Source: Phoronis australis
Taxonomy: Eukaryota > Animalia > Phoronida
Length of the DNA stretch: 64,000 nucleotides
Reading direction: 5' to 3'
Assembly (NCBI GenBank): GCA_002633005.1
Contig: NMRA01000067.1
Coordinates: forward strand, 620,010 to 684,009
The notes beneath the pieces were generated by a model. It had not been told where the DNA came from, searched no databases, and saw nothing but the letters and a program-made list of their open reading frames with translations. Positions 1 through 10,800 of this stretch are shown here, one piece after another. Position 1 is the stretch's first letter; each line of letters begins with the position of its first letter. The translations under genes were made by a program, and so were the position numbers.

Positions 1-789
1 TTTATTGAACATGTACAGACCAATCTGTCATTTGTGCTCAACAGAGTGGTTTGGATAACAACATTTAGAAAATGATAGTAAGATTTCTTTCTAAAAATCC
101 GCTAAATCTTCATAACACAATGGAGAGTATTCTGTTTAGATACCACTGGGAATATTTAAACATAAAATGCATATTAAGAGGACATAGAAGCCTACAACCT
201 GGCATGTTAGGCCAGTGTAACACAATGTCTATACACGCAATCCTTAGCATACACGGATTTCAGAATCCCATGGAATTTTGCAGGATTCTTTTACAAGAAT
301 TATTTCGAAAAATCCGATGAGTCCCCATACAATAGAGAATACCAGAAAGCTCTGTAGCGCCTATCGACAGGCTTTAACAAGACATCTGTCAGACAGATAA
401 CATTAGATAATTAATTGAATAAATACTGTGTTAAATCATAAGCTGAAATGCTACCATTGGTCAAGAGAAGTCTGCCTTAGAATTCTAATAGAGTAAAAAA
501 ATGTAATCTTGTGAATAAATTTTCCCTGAATCTATCCTGCGAAGTTTCATGGAACTCAGAATCCCTACAAATTTGCGTTACCACACAAACATTTTTCCTA
601 GGAAAAATTAGCCAGACAAAATACTGGTATTATTACAGTTAATTTACACACGGTAACGGCGCTATTGTCTAGGTCCAAACTAATGAACTTTGTTAACGCT
701 CTTGGTTAGTGTTTTGGGAAATAAGCCGAATGAGGACTGAAGAATGGGAAAAGTATGATTACATAAGTATATTGGCCTAAGGGAAGCGA

Positions 790-839
790 GAATTGGGTCG
801 TGATGAATTTGATCGTGATGAATTGGGTCATGATGAATT
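790..839. repeat. 15-bp tandem repeat x3 (gaattgggtcgtgat)
   Basis: tgatgaatt recurs at 15-bp spacing. Confidence 0.75.
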
Positions 840-1656
840 AAGATTCATGCAGAAATGCAGCACTAGTGAGATCACTTTCACGACTACTCAATGGTAAAAA
901 TTCTCTAAAAACTGGAATACTGGAATTCGAGCCGAAATTGAATTTTCTTGATTTTGAAAATTGGGACATGTTGTTCACCAGTTTTCTCAAATACTGAATA
1001 TTGCATTTTGAATCAATAGTTTGAATTTAGATTAGGCTGTTCATAAATCATAGAACATAAATACTGAATGAGAGTTTGTCACTGATCACAATTCTTGAAT
1101 TTGGGATGGAATTGCCTTACTATCTATTTTTAAAATTTGATACAAGCACCAACATCAAGTAAAATAATTACCTTTTCACTGCCCCAATCTAAAATTTTTA
1201 CCTCATGTTTTAGTGAACAAGACTGCACCTAATTTTATGTCCGGTCCCGGGGTACATGTTAATTGGTGACGTTGCAGGTTTTTCAAGCAAAACTTGGACC
1301 ACCAGTTATACTAGGTCTACGTAGATCTCATTCTTCAGGAACAAAAACAACCATCTTCACAATGAAACAACGCTTTCATGACAAAGGATGTTTTAATTAC
1401 ACTAAATTCGTTTTTGCATCTCTGGTATCACAGAAAAGATAATGTGCAACTTTGCAGACATGGAGATGCAATTTCGACCTCCAGTCATGTGACATTCAGC
1501 ATCACAATGACCTAAAGACATGCATTGTGATTGGCTACTACTCGTGTTCCCGTAGCATGTGATGGACTACACAAGATCATACAGGGTACAACAAAACAGC
1601 ATGGAATGTAAATGACCATAAAGGGTGGAACAAAAGTGAACAAAACATCATAATAC

Positions 1657-1850
1657 CTGGGCTGTCAGTAGGTTATTGCCAGCGACAACGTTAGCCATAG
1701 CATAGGGAGATACCTCAGAGATTGGGTGGTTTTTGTTATAGAAAGTCTTCATGGCTAGCTGACTATCAGAATCCTTGTTGGAGTTGTAGTAGTTGTCTCC
1801 CTTTTCCGCCTGGTTGATGGTGGAGACATCGGGTGCATGTCGACTGTTAG
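1657..1850 (-). CDS. robo: Robo cytoplasmic exon with CC1-like motif (AMKTFYNK...SPYAMANVV)
   Basis: ttttcag| acceptor, CAG|gtatta donor; resembles vertebrate Robo MKTF...TPYATT as I recall it; 194 nt. Confidence 0.83.
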
Positions 1851-4800
1851 CTGAAAATTGATAAGCTTTGACATAAGAAAATGTCAATTTTCCCTTCAAA
1901 GAATATGATAACACAGAGTTTTTGACAAGTGAAGCAAATTAATATAAAAATTAGCATAACTGGTTGAAAAATTAATGTAAACCAAGTTGGCCTTTTTGAA
2001 AGGCTACAAAGATCACACGTGGTTTCACTCAAACAGAAAAAGCGTAAGCCTGAAACACACATACACACAGACAGTGAACAGTAGTGAAACAAACGTACAA
2101 CTTTTAATGATATATTCATAAAACTGCATCAAGACGACTGTACTCGACATATGATCCACCCTTCACAATTAGACCCAGCCCACAGCACTGCCCCACAGTT
2201 CACAATTCCACCCAACCTACAGCACTGCCCCACAGTTCATGACTTCACCCAACCCACAGCACTGCCCCACAGTTCATGACTCCACCCAACCCACAGCACT
2301 GCCCCACCCTTCAGGATTCCACCCAACCCAAAGCACTGCCCTACTTTTACAACTCCACCCAAACCACACTGTTGTCCCACCCCTCACAGCTCCACCCAAC
2401 CAACACCGCTGCCCCACCCCTCACAGTTACACCCCGCCCACAGCAATGAGACACTCACTTCCATAGCCGTTGCTGCCATTATGCGAGGACTGTGTCCTGC
2501 TCAGTGAGCTGCCGTGCACATAGCGGAAAGCATCACTGGCCACATGCACAGGTACTGCAAACATAGCAACCAGCTAATGTCAGACGATGCGGAAATACAC
2601 AGGATAACGTTCAACAAACAACCGGACACATGAACGTCAAAATACCAACAAAGTTTTCAAGCGAAATATTCGAGTTGAATATTGGAGACTCGATACTGTT
2701 GTTGTTTGTCTTATGCTCTCGATGGTTCTGAGCTCAGTGGTATAAAAGTTGACTACTGGATCATATGGTGACATCATGCAATAACCAAATGTACCCGAAC
2801 AAAAAGAGTGAGATTTCAAAAAGACCACTCCCAACGATTTCAAAGTGACTAAAACAGATAAAGCACAAAGCACTCAACAAGACTTCACAAGAACAACTCG
2901 TAACTAATCACAGTGAAACATACACGTAAATATGCAGAGTTCAAGTGATAGTCAGTTCCATAGTAAAGCTAACTTGAGAATCACAATGCAGCATTGTCAA
3001 CTAGCATTAGGGTGCACATTACTGCCTAAATAGCAATAGACATAGTATTAAGCTGAAGCGACACAGAAAAGTACACGTCACCCTTGCACTCACCAGTCAT
3101 CAACCCGTTGCTATGGAACTTCTTCCTAGCTTTGGCTGCCCGTCGCTTCCTGTACAGGCAGATACTGAAGATGAGCAACCCACATATGAGCACACCACCC
3201 ACACCACCTATCAACGTGGCTATAAACCAGGTCTTCTTCACAAGACTTTCCTCTTTGGGACCTGTATAAAGATGAGAAATACAATCAAATCTGACCAAAT
3301 TATGACACAATAGGGACGACAAGAGAAATAGTTTTTCTCATTTTTCCAAGAGAAATGCGTAGCACTAAATGAATGCTTACCCATGTTCAAGTCATGTAAT
3401 AAGTCCTTGAAAAATGAGATAAAGTCAATTTATGTAAGTATTTTTGTGCAAAATTGGAGAAATTTCACTTTAATGGGTGTTAACTATTGAAGTAAATTTA
3501 CTGATGCCTCCTTAAGAAAACAACTTGAAACATTGTGAAATAACTCAAAGAAAGACGATATGGTGCAAAAGCGAGAAAATCTCCACTTGTTCTACGTCAA
3601 ATTCCAGTGACCGTTACCATGTCATGGTGGAAGTGATCATCTATTTTGTGCTTGTGCTGCTGTGTGCATTCCATTATCCCAGTTTGTGTGTCAAGGACTT
3701 CATGCTACATATTTGACATAGTATTCTCTACTTGTTCAGAAAACGCACTTTCACTTTCTTTGACAGCAATGCTAAATAGATGATTCAAAGCACCTTCTGC
3801 CATGTCAGTTTGCAAAGTAACAAAATTATTGACTAAGCAAGGCTTGACTCAAAGATACAATTCTTTTGAGCAGTAGTATTTTGGTGGTGCACAACATAAT
3901 GTCAACATGACTTTTGCTAAATTAAAATTAAATTTGCAGGTATTTATTTAAGAGTTCAATATCACACACTAAGATCTTCACGAATGTTCATAAATGTTCT
4001 TCCAGTAGACAGGCAGTGCAAGCTGCACGCGTTTTAAACCTTCCTGACATGAGCTATATAAGCATGCAAAACAATGGAACATAAAAGTTGAGAACGTTTA
4101 GATATAGACAGGCAACTAAAACATTGTGATCAAGCCAGCATTACAGTGTGATTGCAAAGTAAAGAAGTGAAGCGCATACCTATAGATTTACCTATGTTGT
4201 CAGGTGGGCTCTTCACGCCCACACCTGCCTTTGTGAAGGCAGCTACCTGGACAGTGTACTCATGTCCTGGCTGAAGACTGCTGATGGCTACTGAGGTCAC
4301 ACCTTTTTCATTGGTCGTCACATTACGGTTGAACTTGGGGTTGTCAGTCAGACAGAACACCTAAGAGCAAGGGGAAGTATGACATAGGGGTGCGTGATAT
4401 CCATGGACCACGCCATTATTTTGGGCTTACATCACACTCATCATTAGAGTGGATGAAGTGATATGAATTATTCTGGTCATTTAAGGCAACCTTTAGCTCA
4501 AGGACCAGATTAAAAGCAAGTTTACCACATGTCTGAGCTAACTTTCATAAAACCACGCTAGTTTGCCAATTTCTGAAAATAATTAACTGCCTTGGGCATA
4601 TTTTCAGATGTCAACATGAGAACAATTTAACAGCGCAGAAGCAGAGTCAAACAATACAGCATAACAGTTTTACAGGTTTATAAAGTTACAATACTATAGA
4701 AGTATCTTTGACATAATGCTTGTCACTAATAGCGCTGATATCAAGCTTCACAGGTCACTAATACTGCTAATACCAAGCTTCACATGTCATTAATACAGCT

Positions 4801-7800
4801 GATATCAAGCTTCACAGGTCACTATAATACTGCTGATATCAAGCTTCACAGGTCACTAATACTGCTGATATCAAGCTTCAGGTCACTAGTACTGCTGATA
4901 TCAAGCTTCACATGTCATTAATACTGTTGATATCAAGCCTCACAAGTCACTAACATCGGTGACATCAAGCTTTATTCCTACCTTATAGCCCAAAATGACT
5001 CCATTCTGTTTGTTGGCAGGTGGTGGTGACCATTTGACTATCAATGTTCTGTTCTTACCCCACTGTGAAACAATATTCTGCGGTGGCTCACTGGGAACTA
5101 CAAAAGAACATGTGATATAGACATTCGCTTAAGCATTCTAGATAAAGCAAGTTGTCCAGTAAACAATCAGTGGTTTAGCATGACATTATTTTGACATCAT
5201 TATGACGTTTTGGACCCAGGTGACGCCATGTCTGTTCTTATTTCCGGGTCCTATTGCGTCATCTACAGTCATGACAAGTCATAGCTAAACATACAAATAA
5301 CAGTCAAAGTTGATGTCACGATAACCCTCCTCAGAAATCCATTGCTGTGGATGCAGTGATTTTGAAGGTGTTGAAATCAGAAAACATCACAAAACAAATA
5401 TATGCCCCCCCCCCAAAGTCCCATTACTCTTACCTCCTTCCAGTGTCCGTGCGATAGCCTTGGTGCTGGCTCGACCAGTGACCGTCCAGAAGAATGGTCG
5501 TACATGCACCTCATAGCGTGTGTACACCAGAAGATCACGTAATACAAACTCCATGATATTGTTGGTCGATATACGCTTTTCAAGGTCAGTACTGGAACCC
5601 ACGGGTTTATACTGAATCACTATGCCCTCTATGGATGTCTTTGACTTGACAATCTGTAACAGTATGCAAGGGAACCTCAGAAACACGGTTCGTTATGGCA
5701 TAAAAGCACAAAATCCAATTAGTAGTAATTTGAGTTTTTAGTTAACCCATTGACATTACGTATATCAAACGGCTCAAAACCCCTACTCATCTGTCTATAC
5801 TTAATACATACATTATTAAGGTAATAAGCTATAAATGAGTTGAACAAACATTCCAGTTCACAGTGTTAACAGGTATAACCCAGCCTACTACTTACAGCTA
5901 AATATATCAGGGGTTAAAATAAGTTCATTTCCCACAAGTCACCTTTTTAACAATTTGCACTACGCTTAAATTAGCTTGAAGTCTTAATTTGACCAATGAG
6001 AATGCAGTCAGTTTGATGTTAGTTTAGTAAAAATGCAGATCTCTGGTTATCTGAGAGATTCATTTTTCCATGTTGATTACGGCTACCCTGGCGTGTGTTT
6101 ACTATACATGGGATAACAGGCATTGATGTGAACGGTCAGTAATAGATCCGTTTTATCTTGGTCATGCAATCACATCCCTTAAGGATTAGCACTGCATAGT
6201 CAGTCGTCTCCTCAATGAAAGTAAACAAAGAACGGTGCATAGTACACGGTAGCCATGGGAACAGTAATTTTAGAAAATGCTTGACAAGATAACCAGGAAT
6301 CTGCATTTATACCAAGGGTGCCATCAAAAATGATTGAGAAACCCCACGATAATGGCTGCAAACATTGTCCCATGAAGCTATATATGAACATAGGCCCACG
6401 AATGTACATCTCTTGGAAGTGTTTGTGGAAATTCCTGGCACACATAACAATAACAGTAGCATGCAGCAGTTATACAAACTTGGTCACTTATGGAGACATA
6501 CAAGTAAGATCTTACCTCCCAACTCACTCTCATGCTGGTGGGTGATACGGCCTTAGCCTCTACCAACCTAATAACACGATTGTTGAGAGTCCGCTGGATA
6601 GAAGTGGTCATACCAGGAGTCAATACAGGCCTGTTGGGATCACCACCTTCACAATAACAGGAAGATCATTAGACAAAGACCCAGGTAAACATCTCCAACT
6701 AGGGTAAAAATGATAGTGGAACTTGACATTTTCAGAGGTTACTACACTACTGCAAATGTTGAACATCTTACTAAATGTTGCTAGGTAACATGTTGTTAGG
6801 TAACATGTTGTTAGGTAACATGTTGCTAGGTAACGCGTTGCTAAATAACAAGTTGCTTGGTAACATATTGCTAGGTAAGCCATGTTAACAGTGAGGTAAA
6901 TTTTCTAAATATGTTATTTTTGTCGAAAATTGATGAAAGGCAATTCCACTTCTATGTCACACTGAGTCCTCAAGTGAAGGATTTAGAAATAATTCCCTTT
7001 TTATAACCACGAACAAAAGGATTAAAGAATGCATTACAATGACAAAAACACAATATATAACTGTTGCAACTGTCAACTAAAATTAGGTCTGTTGAAACCA
7101 GCTCACCTTTAGTGAATACAGGATCAGATCGTTCACTGGGCAGGCTCTCACCATACGAGTTCCTGGCTTTGACAACAAACACGTAACTCTTACTAGGCAC
7201 CAGATCCGTGACGGTGAACCAGGGGTTGCCAACGTCGCCAGATGCTATCTTCCAGCCCTGAAACCAACGGACAACAGGTGTCAAGAGTTAGGGGTGACAA
7301 TTAACCAAAACCAACACAAAGTGAAATGACAAATACAAATAATTTTAAATAGATGATAGAGTAAAGAAATCTACAATGAAATTCTACAGTTCAGTACAGT
7401 TTCTGGGATTTAGGACACCGAATGTCAGTTAAGAAAATTGTTGAAAATAGCAGCCAATGCAACACTTTCACGCGCATCATAGTCTGCAACATCAAGGTGA
7501 GAGCCTGTTTGTCATTGACTGTTATTCTTGAATTTGGGATGACCAATGTGACTGTTCCTAAAATTTGGGACAAGCTCTAATGGTGAGAAGTTACAAAGAG
7601 CACAAAGAGATCATGTTTCGCAAATGCACATGAAACTCAATAAAACAGTATCAAAATGGCGGCATTCGGCCATATTGGAACAGAAATAGTGCCGCCAGCC
7701 TCACCTCCCTCAGCTCATGACTCATGTACTCCACAGTGTACGCTGTGACTGGACTAGTCCCCTCATGTTCATTCTTGTTCCAACGCAGCTTCACCGACGT

Positions 7801-10800
7801 CCTACTGATGCCGTCGTCACTAATGACTGGCTTGGACGGGGGAGAAGGCAACTGATTGGGGTCAGCACCACCACCAGGACTTGATGTTCCACGGGCTATA
7901 AGTAACAGGGTCAGACAAGTGACATCTTGATTGAAACATGAATATAAAACAAGTTGCCATGGTTATTCAAATATTAATATTCAGCTGAAATTCAACACCA
8001 GTGAGTATGTTAGTAAGGTCACAAATAATGTTGTGGAATACATTTTCCAGGAAATTACAAGATAATAAATAATTTCACTTAAAGATTGCTACGAAACATG
8101 ACTGAATAAACACATGAACTCGCAACACAAATTGCAAAATGAGGGTTATATACATCTTTTAAAAATCAACTGTTTTCCATCAATTGTTAATTTTTTCTAG
8201 GCCTGGTTTTCCATGATCAGTAAAGAACACGCACCTGGAGATATTCCAGAAGAAACCCTTTAGTAATTTAGTATACAGCCAGTGGTATATCACTGAACTT
8301 GCTCTTTGCAATGGAAACCTAACATTCAAAATGTTTTACTACCGCAAACTCCTTCTATTTTCAAAAAGCTCACAAAACCATGGTGGAGTTGACCAACATC
8401 AGTAACTAGCATTATGTTTGGATAATTCCACACACAAGTCAACTCTGCCCTGCATACTAAGCCTCCAAGTTGCACCTACATGTAACGGTGAGTGTTGCAG
8501 AGACTGAGGTCTCTCCTGATGCACTCTCAGCAGTACACATGTACAGGCCAGCGTCTGATTGGTGGACATCTACAACAGTCAATATAGCAACATTAGCATA
8601 TGCCACGGCAACAGCAGTATGCTCCTTGACAACGTATGGGATGGCGCCATCTGATTGGTGGAGTCTCAAAATGCAAATATGGCAACAATTGCATGCACAA
8701 ATAGATATACACACAAGAGGCAAATAGCACATGAGACATGTTCAATCACACGAATAAATGCCTTTTTCATCCTCTATACAGTATTTAGTGTAAGGATTAA
8801 TTCAAGCAAGTGAGAAAATGCATCCTTCTCTGTACCATTAATGCTCAAATGAAAATTTTCCTAGTTGTATGACTGAATAATCTGAAGTTCATTTACAAGA
8901 ACTAAGTTTCTATCATGACATTATTGAAAAGGAATAGACCTTTTTGAGATAAGAAGCAGGGTGGATTGTTGTCTCACTTTCTTTGACGTCATGCGGACAA
9001 CCTGTAGCAAAGCCACACACCTTAGGTTGAGTTATGAAACAAGAGGCCGACATTGTTAGGAAATCACCAAGAGGTTTATTTACTAAATAATCCTGCAAAA
9101 ATTACCCTAAAAAATTCCCCTCCTTTTGCCTGCTCACCTGTTATATGCAGCTGACCAGAGCTGAGTACTGTGAACCTGCGGTGCTCTTCATTGATCTGCT
9201 GGCCATCCTTTGACCATTCAACCCGAGGCTCCGGCTCGCCTGTCGTGTCACAGGGAAGTTTTACCAGCTCACCTGTAGTGACTGTCACATCAGTGGGGCC
9301 CACTACGATGACTGGCGGTGGGCGTGGGTCAAAGTCTACAACAATCCGCCAATCATTAGTTGGACAAGCATCATCCAATAGACACAAATGGTATCGAGTG
9401 GTAAACGAAGCAAATATATTTCTAAGAAACCTTACAAACACACAAAAGCTAAATGTTTGTTAAATAAAGTTCATCTCAACGGAGTTTCTTTGTCACTGTT
9501 TTGTTTTGTTTTAGACTTATTGCAGTCCACAAAGTTTTTCCAAAAAATTGAAGTGACCATAAGCATATTCAAACAGTTTGCCNCATACACACAAGAGGCA
9601 AATAGCACATCAGACATGTTCAATCGCACAAATAAATGCCTTTTTCATCCTCTATACAGTATTTAGTGTAAGAATTAATTCAAGCAAGTGAGAAAATGCA
9701 TCCTTCTCTGTACCATTAATGGTCAAATGAAAATTTTCCTAGTTGTATGACTGAATAATCTGAAGCTCATTTACAAGAACTAAGTTTCTATCATGACATT
9801 ATTGAAAAGGAATAGAGCTTTTTGAGATAAGAAGCAGGGTGGATTGTTGTCTCACTTCCTTTGACGTCATGCCGACAACCTGTAGCAAAGCCACACACCT
9901 TAGGTGGAGTTATGAAACGAGAGGCCGACATTGTTAGGAAACCAGCAAGAGGTTTATTTACTAAATAATCCTGCAAAAATGCCCCTCAAAAATTCCCCTC
10001 CTTTTGCCTGCTCACCTGTTATATGCAGTTGACCAGAGCTGAGTACTGTGAACCTGCGATGCTGTTCATTGATCAGCTGGCCATCCTTGGACCATTCAAC
10101 CCGAGGCTCTGGCTCGCCCGTCGTGTCACAGGGAAGTTTTACCAGCTCACCTGTAGTGACTGTCACATCAGTGGGGCCCACTACGATGACTGGCGGTGGG
10201 CGTGGGTCAAAGTCTACAACAATCCGCCAATCATAAGTTGGATTAGCATCATCCAATAGACACAAATGGTATCGATTGTAAACGAAGCAAATATATTTCT
10301 AATAAACTTTAAAAACACACAAAAGCTTAATGTTTGTTAAATACAGTTAATCTCAACGGAGTTTCTTTGTCACTGTTTTGTTTTGTTTTGTTTTAGACTT
10401 ATTGCAGTCCACAAAGTTTTTCCAAAAAATTAAAGTGACCATAAGCATAATCACACAGGTTGCCTTTAAAATCATTCTTTACTGATGCCAATTTTCAATC
10501 ACTCTCACCAACTGTTCACACTCACCCAGAACAGTGATGGTGGCGCTGGAAATCACACGACCCACACCACTAATACCGGAGCATACGTAACGACCGGCGT
10601 CCTCTTTAGTCACATGGGATATCCTAAGAGTGCCACCTTGGGTGACATGGAAACGACCTTGGGGTTGACCTGGGAAGACGTTTAGCTAAAAACAACAATA
10701 AAAGATGAAGTGGCTCGATAAAATCGTATTTAATCCAGATTTGGTAATTTGAAGAATCAAAACTGCAAGTAAAAATTATTAAAACGGATTTGAGTGTCTG

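Larger units (their letters stand above)
8706..10464. repeat. ~880-bp tandem duplication (8706-9582 / 9584-10464) with a single N at the junction
   Basis: Direct alignment at offset 878-882 with a few percent divergence; N at 9583. Confidence 0.95.

Noticed and set aside
2239-2466. Pro/Thr/His-rich 75-aa ORF, and the YLATC-repeat ORF at 6620-6883
   Set aside because: Translations of minisatellites.
4722-4972. 32-bp (also 37- and 82-bp) periodic repeats as a CRISPR array
   Set aside because: Units are head-to-tail with no unique spacers, there are no cas genes, and the context is a eukaryotic intron.
8641-8675. HQSDG peptide echo (ccaccaatcaga) 96 nt upstream of the Ig5 C-part exon, suggesting a duplicated exon start or alternative acceptor
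   Set aside because: The match is only ~12 nt, and the available GAG acceptor puts it out of frame with the phase-1 upstream exon. Likely chance.
8913-9976. Twin 61-aa ORFs (MQDYLVNKPL...) and the similar peptide at 53996 as a small gene family
   Set aside because: Explained by the tandem duplication plus an interspersed non-coding repeat; non-ATG starts and no domain.
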